IMG/VR virus record: IMGVR_UViG_3300036790_000270
Location: 32,001-96,000 of that record
Length of the DNA: 64,000 nt
Strand: one strand, 5' to 3'
Source: a virus
Shown: piece by piece, positions 1-7,872 of the stretch
Position numbering within the stretch: position 1 is the first letter of the stretch
Layout of the letters: each line of letters begins with the position of its first letter
The notes under the pieces: generated by a model
Told to the model about the DNA's origin: nothing
Seen by the model: only the letters and a program-made list of their open reading frames with translations
Databases searched by the model: none
Position numbers and translations under genes: made by a program

Positions 1-1
1 A

Positions 2-946
2 TTCCCGAAGGACCACCCGTACTCGACAGGAAACTCTGCGGCGCTGCGCGAGCATTACGGCCGTCTAGCCCGGGACCTCGCTACAAACCTGTTCACCGAT
101 GACGTCGTCGTTGACATCGGCGCCAACGACGGGACGCTGCTAGCCTGCTACCCGCCGGGCGGCCTGGTGAAGGTCGCCGTTGAGCCGACGGACCAGGGAA
201 AGAAGATCCCGGCGGGCATCACCTGGGAGAAGGGCTCCTTCACTGCGAATCTCGCCATAGGTATTCGCGAGGGATACGGCCCGGCCAAGGTGATCACCGC
301 GATGAACGTTCTCGCGCACGTGCCCGACGTGCACGATTTCCTCGACGGCGTTGCTGAGCTGCTGCACGACGACGGGGTGTTCGTCACTGAGAACCACGAC
401 CTGTACAGCATCACCGAGGGCCTGCAGATCGACACGATTTACCATGAGCACCTGCGCTACTACACCGTCGGCACTCTCGCTCACCTGCTAGAGCAGCACG
501 GGCTGCACGTCACCCGCTCAGAGCCGACCCCGATGCACGGCGGGTCGTTCCGCGTTCGGGCGCGCAAGGTCGCCCCTGGTTTCCAGAGGCGGGCCAGGTC
601 CGCGGCGACCGCGCTGCGCGGCATGCTGTGGCAGCTCGTCGACAAGCACCAGGCTGTCTACGGTATCGGCGCAACCACCCGCGCGACCCCGCTGATCCAT
701 TACGCCGGCATCAAGGACCTCGTCGACTGCGTTTGCGAGCGGCCAGGTAGCGACAAGATAGGCACGTGCATCCCAGGTACCGCGATCGAGGTAGTCGACG
801 AGGCCCGGCTCATTACCGACCAGCCGCCGTACGCCCTGCTGTTCGCCTGGCACATCGCTGACGACATCGTTCCGAAGCTGCGCGCGGCCGGGTACAAGGG
901 GAAGTTCATCGTGCCGCTGCCGAGCCCGGAGGTCCTTGATGACTGA
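2..946 (+). CDS. NDP-sugar C-methyltransferase (SAM-dependent), 5'-truncated by the window edge
   Basis: Frame is open from base 2 and reads ...VVVDIGANDGTLL...NVLAHVPD...IDTIYHEHLRYY...HGGSFR...YGIGATTRATPL...LLFAWH...GKFIVPLP. These motifs are typical of NDP-hexose 3-C-methyltransferases. Confidence 0.85.
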   Translation, partial: FPKDHPYSTGNSAALREHYGRLARDLATNLFTDDVVVDIGANDGTLLACYPPGGLVKVAVEPTDQGKKIPAGITWEKGSFTANLAIGIREGYGPAKVITAMNVLAHVPDVHDFLDGVAELLHDDGVFVTENHDLYSITEGLQIDTIYHEHLRYYTVGTLAHLLEQHGLHVTRSEPTPMHGGSFRVRARKVAPGFQRRARSAATALRGMLWQLVDKHQAVYGIGATTRATPLIHYAGIKDLVDCVCERPGSDKIGTCIPGTAIEVVDEARLITDQPPYALLFAWHIADDIVPKLRAAGYKGKFIVPLPSPEVLDD

Positions 947-1310
947 GCTAGGCCGCTTCGAGGACGAGCGCGGTGTCATTCAGGACCTGCTAGCCGGCCC
1001 TGTCGATTCCGTCACCGAGATCTTTACGCGGGCCGGGGCCGTCCGTGGTAATCATGTGCATGCTGAGACTGTCCAGTGGACTTACGTTGTCTCCGGCAGG
1101 CTCCGCGTAGTGCATCAGTCGGCGGGCGCTGAGCCGGCTGCTAACGAATGCGGTTCCGGCGAGCTGATCTGCGATCCGATGGGCGTTGCCCACGCCTGGC
1201 AGGCAGTGGAGGACACGACAGTTCTCGTCTTCACGCGGGGCCCGCGCTCGGGGGCGGACTACGAGGACGACGTGCAGCGGCTAGCCCCGGGGGACAGGCT
1301 GATTCCGTGA
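939..1310 (+). CDS. cupin-fold sugar epimerase/ketoisomerase-like protein
   Basis: FEDERG start, cupin motifs RGNHVH and GVAHA. Overlaps the stop of the previous gene. Confidence 0.7.
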   Translation: MTELGRFEDERGVIQDLLAGPVDSVTEIFTRAGAVRGNHVHAETVQWTYVVSGRLRVVHQSAGAEPAANECGSGELICDPMGVAHAWQAVEDTTVLVFTRGPRSGADYEDDVQRLAPGDRLIP

Positions 1311-2011
1311 GCACTGCCGTTATCATCCCTACCTTCGGCCGCGCGGGCAAGATGGCGGCCGTCACCCGGAACATCCTGGAGGCCAGCCACGCGCCGCTGA
1401 ACGTGTTCTTCGTGGTGGAGCGAGACGACGCGGAGTCTGTAGCGGAAGCCGGGCGGCTATTTGACGAGAACATCGTCAGCGTAGTAAACACCCGGAAGCA
1501 GTCATATGCCGGTGCGGTCAATACCGCCGTCAGTGCGCTGCTAGACCTAGAGTGGGAGTACTTCTTCCTGGGCGCGGACGACCTCGACTTCAAGCCCGGC
1601 TGGGATACCGAGGCCCTGCGGGCAGCTCAAGACGGCGCGCTGGTGATCGGCACTAACGACCTGCATAACCCTTACGTCCTAGCCGGAACTCACGCCACGC
1701 ACGTCCTGGTGCACCGGGATTACGTCACTGACCCGCGTTATGCCTACGACCCGGATATGGCGGGGCAAGTGATGTTCGAGGGTTACGATCACAACTTCGT
1801 CGACACTGAGTTCGTTGACGCGGCCAAGGCAGCTGGTGTCTTTACCCCGTGCATGACCTCCGTAGTGGAGCACCTCCACCCCGACTGGGGCCTGTCCCCG
1901 TGGGATGCCACGTACGCGAAGACCCGTGCGCGTATTCATGATGATCACGGGCTATTCCGGTCTCGCGAGCACTTGTGGACAGCGCACCCGGACGGAAGGC
2001 AGCTGCTGTGA
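1307..2011 (+). CDS. GT-A (family 2-like) glycosyltransferase
   Basis: GTG at 1307 overlaps the upstream TGA. Motifs AVIIPTFGR, YAGAVN, FLGADD (DxD-like), HNFVDTE, VVEHLHP. Confidence 0.8.
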   Translation: MSTAVIIPTFGRAGKMAAVTRNILEASHAPLNVFFVVERDDAESVAEAGRLFDENIVSVVNTRKQSYAGAVNTAVSALLDLEWEYFFLGADDLDFKPGWDTEALRAAQDGALVIGTNDLHNPYVLAGTHATHVLVHRDYVTDPRYAYDPDMAGQVMFEGYDHNFVDTEFVDAAKAAGVFTPCMTSVVEHLHPDWGLSPWDATYAKTRARIHDDHGLFRSREHLWTAHPDGRQLL

Positions 2012-2637
2012 CCATTCCACTCGTCAGCATCATCACCTCGACCTGGCAGCGGAACGAGCGGCTGCTCAACCGGTGCATCCCGTCGGTCCAGGCACAGGCG
2101 TACCCGAAAGTCGAGCACGTCATCGTCTCCGACGGCCCTGACCCGGACCTCGCTGACCAGATTGCCCTCCTGGACAGCCGGCTCGCATTCGCCCACCCGG
2201 TGCACTTCCTCGAACTGCCCGAGCACGACCCGGAGCGGCACTGGGGGCACCATGCGCGGCTGGCGGCCCTCGCGCGTGCCAAGGGTGACCTGATCGGCTA
2301 CTGCGATGACGATGACTCGCTGCGCCCGGACCACATCCGGCTGCTCGCGCAGGCACTGAAAGACGACCCGTCAGCTAGCTGGGCGTACTCCGTCATGGCG
2401 TCCTACAGCCACGCGGGTGTCTGCGAGATCGGTCACGGCGCTCCCGCGGGCGGCCAGATCGGCACACCGGTGATCATGCACCGCCGCGAGGCCCTGCAGC
2501 ACGGCACCTGGGGGCCGGCCTCGCCGATGGAAGACTGGCAGCTGGTGCAGCGCTGGACGGAAGCCGGGCTTACCCACGCGCATATCCAGGATGTCACCGT
2601 TGACGTCTGGCCCTCTGCGTACCATGAGCATTTCTGA
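2008..2637 (+). CDS. glycosyltransferase family 2
   Basis: GTG at 2008. Motifs PLVSIITSTWQR, HVIVSDGPD, ARAKGDLIGYCDDDD, EDWQL. Confidence 0.88.
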   Translation: MTIPLVSIITSTWQRNERLLNRCIPSVQAQAYPKVEHVIVSDGPDPDLADQIALLDSRLAFAHPVHFLELPEHDPERHWGHHARLAALARAKGDLIGYCDDDDSLRPDHIRLLAQALKDDPSASWAYSVMASYSHAGVCEIGHGAPAGGQIGTPVIMHRREALQHGTWGPASPMEDWQLVQRWTEAGLTHAHIQDVTVDVWPSAYHEHF

Positions 2638-2639
2638 CC

Positions 2640-2813
2640 ATGGAGCGTGTTGTCCTGCCGGTGTGGCTCGTGCTCATGCTCGGCATGCCCGGGTTCATGA
2701 TCGTGATGCTCGTATCCGGGTACCCGCAGGGACTCGCCATGATCTTCGTCATGGTCATCATGAGCTGGGTAGCAGGGCAGATACTTGAAGACTTGTCCCG
2801 GGGGAATTCCTGA
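2640..2813 (+). CDS. small membrane protein (57 aa)
   Basis: Translated by hand from ATG 2640 to TGA 2811-2813 (MERVVLPVWLVLMLGMPGFMIVMLVSG...). Two hydrophobic stretches. Confidence 0.5.
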   Translation: MERVVLPVWLVLMLGMPGFMIVMLVSGYPQGLAMIFVMVIMSWVAGQILEDLSRGNS

Positions 2814-2992
2814 GCCGCGTGGTAGCGTGACCCCATGAGCACGCCTGAGCCACTTGACGAAGAGCAGGCACCCAAGGTAGAGGTCCGTGGCGGCGACCGG
2901 GAAGCCGACTGGAACACGCCGCTGTCGTACCTGCCTGCTTACGAGGATGCCGGTGCCGGCTGCGGTCCGGACTGCGCCTGCCACGAGGATGA

Positions 2993-3583
2993 GTGAGCGG
3001 GCAGGTACGGCAGCGGCGTGACCAGCTGTTCCTTCAGGCTGCCCTCGTAATCCGGCAGGTTCAGCAGGCTGAGCACCGGTGGTTCGCCCAAGGGGACCCG
3101 GCTTCTCCTACGCTGCCCTGGATGCCGTTCCAGCCCGCCGACTTCCTCTCGATCGTCTTCGAGTGCGTCCCGGAGATGAAAGGCGGCCGGTGGTTCATTG
3201 ACGTCGGGTGCGGGCCCGGTACCAAGATGCAGCTTGCCCGGCAGTTCTTCGGGCTTGAGGCCGAGGGCATCGAGATCGACCGGCCGATGGCGGAAGCGGC
3301 GGCTGCCTACGGCACTGTCTTCGCGGCTGACGCCCTGGACACGCCTCCCGGTTTCTATGCCGAGTACGACCTGGTCTGGCTGTACCGGCCGTTCCGTGAC
3401 GTGCAGCTGGAAGAGAAGCTTGAGTCCCGCGTCATGAACGAGATGAAGCCCGGCGCGATCCTGGCCGGCGGCAGCTGGGAGCACTGCCCGGCGGAGTACG
3501 GCTGGATACCCGTCATGGACGACTGGGAGCTGCGCCGCGGCGCCTGGATGAAGCCACGCCCGGTTGCTGACCTAGTGCTGTGA
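2993..3583 (+). CDS. class I SAM-dependent methyltransferase
   Basis: Motifs FIDVGCGPGTK, GIEID, ADAL, YDLVWLYRPF. Confidence 0.8.
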   Translation: MSGQVRQRRDQLFLQAALVIRQVQQAEHRWFAQGDPASPTLPWMPFQPADFLSIVFECVPEMKGGRWFIDVGCGPGTKMQLARQFFGLEAEGIEIDRPMAEAAAAYGTVFAADALDTPPGFYAEYDLVWLYRPFRDVQLEEKLESRVMNEMKPGAILAGGSWEHCPAEYGWIPVMDDWELRRGAWMKPRPVADLVL

Positions 3584-3861
3584 AAAACCTGGCGACCTAC
3601 CTGGCGCACTTCCACCTAACGGGATTCGGCTGGTACTGGGTCGTCTGGTTCGTCTTCGGTTTCGGCGTGCCCGAAGCGTACGGACTGCTCCGCAACACCC
3701 AGGACACCCTGAGCTGGCAGTTCTGGGGACTTGAGCGCATTAACTTCCAGCATCCTTTCGATTTCTCTGACTGGACCTGGGAGCACTACCTGATCGGCGT
3801 CATGCTGCTAGCCGGCTTCGTGTGGCTTTTCTTTCACCTGGTTGACGGTATCTGGCGCTAG
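3580..3861 (+). CDS. small membrane protein
   Basis: Two Trp/Phe-rich hydrophobic helices. Coupled to the previous gene by a GTGA overlap. Confidence 0.6.
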   Translation: MKNLATYLAHFHLTGFGWYWVVWFVFGFGVPEAYGLLRNTQDTLSWQFWGLERINFQHPFDFSDWTWEHYLIGVMLLAGFVWLFFHLVDGIWR

Positions 3862-3882
3862 GTACGCGCCCTGCTGACCAGC

Positions 3883-3927
3883 TAACCTTGAGCTGAACCG
3901 CCCTACGGCCGCATCCGGAGCTAGGGC
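3883..3927 (+). promoter_or_regulatory. putative late promoter -10 plus leader RNA motif, copy 1
   Basis: TAACCT (3883-3888), then GCCCTA-C-GGCC-GCATCC-GGAGC-TAGGGC (3900-3927). The same architecture occurs at four other loci. Confidence 0.6.
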
Positions 3928-3947
3928 ACCCGACGAAGGGTGTCCAC

Positions 3948-4268
3948 GTGCGTGATATTCCGCTGATCGCTCCGCAGCCGCAGGGCTGGTACTGCCCCAA
4001 CTGCCTCGTCACCGACGTCACCGCGCCGCTGCCACCGGGCCAGTCGCGCTATCACGCCTGCGCGGGCCTGCACGGGCTGAATGCTCCCCTGATCCGGTCG
4101 GGCCTGGACGCCAAGGTTGAGGCTGAGGAGCGCCAGGACTACCTCAACGGCGACCAGCAGGCGACCGGTGACGACGGCAAGGTCTACATGGCCGTGCGGA
4201 CCACCCGCGATGACGGCGACGACGTGACCGTATTCGCGGGCCTCGCCCACGCAGAGATGAAGGTGTGA
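3948..4268 (+). CDS. hypothetical phage protein with CxxC and HxC motifs
   Basis: ORF track; WYCPNC...YHAC. Confidence 0.6.
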   Translation: MRDIPLIAPQPQGWYCPNCLVTDVTAPLPPGQSRYHACAGLHGLNAPLIRSGLDAKVEAEERQDYLNGDQQATGDDGKVYMAVRTTRDDGDDVTVFAGLAHAEMKV

Positions 4269-4272
4269 CCTA

Positions 4273-4647
4273 ATGGCTTATGTTTCCTTCACGGCGTTCC
4301 CTCGGCGTCATGACCTAGTGGACGAAATTTTCGACGCTTTCAACTCGAACGGGATCTATACCAGTGGCTACTACGACAGTTCCGGTATCGACCGACTCCG
4401 GGTAGCTTCTTACAACCTCAACGGCACGGATATTACTTTCCAGGTGCAGGAGAGTCAGCTCAGTTCAGGGAGTGATTCTGGCGAGGTAGATGAAGGCGCC
4501 GTACAGGTTGTCCGCCAGCAGAGTCTGACCGTAGCCACTGACAACTCGGTGTACTGCGAGGTTCCATTGACGGGAAGATTTTTCTGTTTGGTTCTACAGA
4601 ACGGTGAAGTAGATTCACCCATCGTGATCACGCTTAGGGCGGTCTGA
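4273..4647 (+). CDS. hypothetical protein, possibly a virion beta-sandwich
   Basis: ORF track; tightly packed between neighbours, visibly lower GC. Confidence 0.55.
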   Translation: MAYVSFTAFPRRHDLVDEIFDAFNSNGIYTSGYYDSSGIDRLRVASYNLNGTDITFQVQESQLSSGSDSGEVDEGAVQVVRQQSLTVATDNSVYCEVPLTGRFFCLVLQNGEVDSPIVITLRAV

Positions 4648-4648
4648 A

Positions 4649-5173
4649 ATGTCCTGGTCTGTTAGTGCCATCTTCCAGCAGTCACTGCTGAACCCGCTGA
4701 TGGGCAAGGCCACCGGGTCTACCAACCCCACCACTTTCGGGAGCTGGACGGCCGACACCATCGACGTCGCCCTGTTCCTGACTGGCGCTACCCCGGATAA
4801 AACGGCGGCGTTTGCCTCAATCGGTTACAACACAGGCAGCGTTTGGACTACGGCGAATGAGGCCCCGGGCACCGGCGGGTACACCCAGGGCGGCACGGCG
4901 CTCGCGTCCAAGGCGAACACCGTTGACTCAGGTTCTTCTTCCCTGTGCTTCACGGCGGCTAACCCAAGCTGGACGAGTGCCACCATCTCCGGCGTGTTCG
5001 GGGACTTCGTCTACGATGCCTCGATCACCGCTACCGGCAGCACCGTCACCAAGCAGGGGCTCTGCTTCAACTACTTCGGCGGCTCGCAGTCGGTCACCTC
5101 GGGCACCTTCACCATTCAGTGGGCCACCCCGCCCAGCGGCGGCGTTACCGCGGTCTTCAACGTCAGCGTCTGA
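4649..5173 (+). CDS. putative virion structural protein (S/T/G-rich)
   Basis: Motifs DTIDVALF, NE..GTGGYTQGG, SVTSGTFTIQW resemble small phage fibre/decoration proteins. Located in the structural block. Confidence 0.6.
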   Translation: MSWSVSAIFQQSLLNPLMGKATGSTNPTTFGSWTADTIDVALFLTGATPDKTAAFASIGYNTGSVWTTANEAPGTGGYTQGGTALASKANTVDSGSSSLCFTAANPSWTSATISGVFGDFVYDASITATGSTVTKQGLCFNYFGGSQSVTSGTFTIQWATPPSGGVTAVFNVSV

Positions 5174-5208
5174 CCTTCCCTCCGCTTTACCCCGGGAGGC
5201 GGTGAGGC

Positions 5209-6708
5209 ATGACGATCGCCGCCGTGCCGTCGGGTGGCGCGCTTGGTTCCGCGACCGCCAAGACATTCACCCTGACGCCCAGTACCGTCGGCGACTTCAT
5301 CCTGCTCTGGGTGACCGCGGAGACCGTTGCGGATTATGCCGTTTCGATCAGTAGCAGCAACATCAGCTGGGTTGTCACGCCCCTGGTCGCCCATCACGCG
5401 TTTACGAACAACCTGGTCGTTCAGTCTGTTTTCATCGGTGAGGTCACCAGCACCAGCGGTGCCACGCAGACAATCGTTACGGCCGCGGGCAGCCCGACGC
5501 TCCGGATCGCCTGGCAGGAATTCAGCACTACGGCCGGGTACGCGTCGATCACCCTCAACGTATCGGGTACCACAGACACCCTTTCTAGCGGCACGATGCC
5601 GCCGGTCACCACCACCGTTACCGGTTGCACTTACGCGGGCTACGTCTACGACAACGGCTCCGGTGTCATCGGTACTACCAGCGGTTACAAGTACCAGCTA
5701 GACACCAACAGCAACCAGTACGCGTACAGCACGACGCCTCTGGGCATTAGCACCTACACCCCGAATATCGGTGACGCGAACGGCACGTCCGGTATCGCTG
5801 TCGCCGTCTACGAGGCCGGGGTCACAGCCAGCGCCGGCCTCGCCCACGGCACGGGCGCCGCCCTGCAGCCGCAGGCAGGCTCCGTCGGCCTTCCGGCCGG
5901 CACTGGCACCGCCCAGCCGCCGACAGCGCAGGTCACTGCCCTTGCGGGGCTCGCCCACGGTGCCGGCACCGCGCAGCAGCCGCAGTTCGGCATTGCTAAC
6001 CCGCCTGCCGCCACGGGCACCGGCACCGCGCAGCAGCCGGCCGCTCAGGTCACTGCCCTCGCCGGGCTCGCGCACGCTGCCGGTACCTCCTTCCAGGTGC
6101 CGGCGCCCGCGGGGCTCGCGCACGGCACCGGCACCGCGCAGCAGCCGTCAAAGCTCGTCGAGCCGTCTGCCGGGCTAGCCGCCGGGGCCGGCAACGTGTT
6201 CCAGCCGACACCGCGCATCCTGCGCAACCCGCAGAACCTCGGTGCCGTCGTCACCCCGCTCGGTCCTAACGCGACCGCCGAGCTTCCGGTCACCGGCGGC
6301 ACCCTCACCCTCGCTGACCTGGGCGCGACCTTCGCCCTGGCTAACCTCGGCGCAAGCCTGACGGGATGGACCATGCAGACAGCCACGCTGAACATCCTTG
6401 AGTTCAACGACGTGACGATCAACCTCGCCATTACCAACAACGGCAGCGCGTACAACCTGGCGTCCGCCACGCTGAACATGCTGTTCAAGAGCGCCGCCGG
6501 CACGCCGGACGCGGACGCGCTGCTCTTCTCCTCCGCGGGCGGCTCCCCGGCCATCACCATCACCAACTCAGCTGGCGGCCTGGCGACCGTGCAGATCCCC
6601 AACGACGACCTGGATACCGAGGCGTACAACTTCTACCGGGTCGACGTGGTTGTCGGCGGGTTCCAGAACACCTGCATCAGCGGGTCGGTCACCTGGACGA
6701 GCCTGTAG
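5209..6708 (+). CDS. putative virion fibre/decoration protein with internal repeats
   Basis: Thr/Ser-rich N-terminus, repeated AGLAHG(T/A)GTAQQP units, C-terminal beta-rich attachment-like domain. Confidence 0.6.
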   Translation: MTIAAVPSGGALGSATAKTFTLTPSTVGDFILLWVTAETVADYAVSISSSNISWVVTPLVAHHAFTNNLVVQSVFIGEVTSTSGATQTIVTAAGSPTLRIAWQEFSTTAGYASITLNVSGTTDTLSSGTMPPVTTTVTGCTYAGYVYDNGSGVIGTTSGYKYQLDTNSNQYAYSTTPLGISTYTPNIGDANGTSGIAVAVYEAGVTASAGLAHGTGAALQPQAGSVGLPAGTGTAQPPTAQVTALAGLAHGAGTAQQPQFGIANPPAATGTGTAQQPAAQVTALAGLAHAAGTSFQVPAPAGLAHGTGTAQQPSKLVEPSAGLAAGAGNVFQPTPRILRNPQNLGAVVTPLGPNATAELPVTGGTLTLADLGATFALANLGASLTGWTMQTATLNILEFNDVTINLAITNNGSAYNLASATLNMLFKSAAGTPDADALLFSSAGGSPAITITNSAGGLATVQIPNDDLDTEAYNFYRVDVVVGGFQNTCISGSVTWTSL

Positions 6709-6734
6709 CCTTTCCCGGCTGCCTGACGTGCCGT

Positions 6735-6777
6735 TAAACTCAAGGGGAACTGCCGCGGCCTGAACCAGGAGCCGGCA
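6735..6777 (+). promoter_or_regulatory. putative late promoter -10 plus leader RNA motif, copy 2
   Basis: TAAACT (6735-6740), then TGCCG-C-GGCC-TGAACCA-GGAGC-CGGCA. Confidence 0.6.
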
Positions 6778-6806
6778 TCGGGATTGACCACGATGCCGGA
6801 GTCCTG

Positions 6807-7223
6807 ATGACGATCCTCCTGTCCAGCACTTTCACCGACAACCTGCTCGGCACGGGAACTGAGGGCGTCGCCACCCAGATCGGCAGCGGCACGCTCATTA
6901 TTTACAGTGGCGCTGCCCCGGCGGGCCCGAACGAGTCCCTGTCCGGCAACACGGCGCTGGCGACTTTTACGTTCTCAGTTGCGGGCAGCCAGGGCTCTCC
7001 GGCCGGCGGCGTGATGGACCTGGCGTTCTCCGCTACCACTGTCACCGCCGCCGCCTCCGCGACCGCGACGTTCTTCCGCATTGCCAGCTCGGGCAGCACC
7101 GCCCTGATCCAGGGGACGGTAGCTGTCAGCGGCGGGGACTTCAACCTGTCCAGCACGGCCATCACCTCCGGCGACAACGTAACCATTACCGGCACGCCGA
7201 CGATCTCCTGGCCGGTGAGCTAA
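6807..7223 (+). CDS. putative virion structural protein
   Basis: GTLIIYSG..P, LATFTF, ATATFFRI, IQGTV pattern, as seen in small phage structural proteins. Confidence 0.6.
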   Translation: MTILLSSTFTDNLLGTGTEGVATQIGSGTLIIYSGAAPAGPNESLSGNTALATFTFSVAGSQGSPAGGVMDLAFSATTVTAAASATATFFRIASSGSTALIQGTVAVSGGDFNLSSTAITSGDNVTITGTPTISWPVS

Positions 7224-7225
7224 CC

Positions 7226-7840
7226 ATGGCCAACCAGCAGTGGGTCTGCCTGCTTAACGGCGGCAACCCGTACAGCGCCGGCGCCGGCGCCGCCCTTAGC
7301 TCGGCTGCCACGGCCACCATCTCGCCGGTTAACGGCGTCGCCTCCAACCCGCCGGACATGGCGCAGGTTCAGGCAGCCGGCCAGTCTTACGGCTGGTACC
7401 CCGGCATGCTGGTCCGCGTCACCGCCCGCGGGTACCTCACCACCACTGGCACCAGCGGCACCGTCACGTTCTTCCTCGCTAGCCGGGTCGGTAACTCCGG
7501 CAGCACCTGGGTCACCCTCGCGACCGCCGCCGCCCTGACTACCGGGACGGGCTCGCTAGCCGGCCTGCAGTGGGAGCTGGACGCGCTGTCCCAGTGCACT
7601 GCGGTCGCCGCCACCGGGAACACGGTATCGACGCAGGGGAACCTCACCCTTGTCCCCGTCGCCGCCCAGACGATTCCCACTGGCACCGCGGACATCGTCC
7701 TGTCCCTGCCGAACGCCTCCGGTGTGACCGCGGCGGCGGTCGACACCACGCAGCTGCAGGGGATCTCCATGCGCTGCACCCAGGCGACCAGCGCGTGCAC
7801 CGTCCAGCTCACCCAGTGGCTTGTAGAAGCACTGGACTAG
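7226..7840 (+). CDS. putative virion structural protein
   Basis: ORF track; T/A/G-rich beta-type composition within the structural block. Confidence 0.55.
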   Translation: MANQQWVCLLNGGNPYSAGAGAALSSAATATISPVNGVASNPPDMAQVQAAGQSYGWYPGMLVRVTARGYLTTTGTSGTVTFFLASRVGNSGSTWVTLATAAALTTGTGSLAGLQWELDALSQCTAVAATGNTVSTQGNLTLVPVAAQTIPTGTADIVLSLPNASGVTAAAVDTTQLQGISMRCTQATSACTVQLTQWLVEALD

Positions 7841-7872
7841 CCAGGCCGCCCGTGCCCGGAGGGCGGTGACGC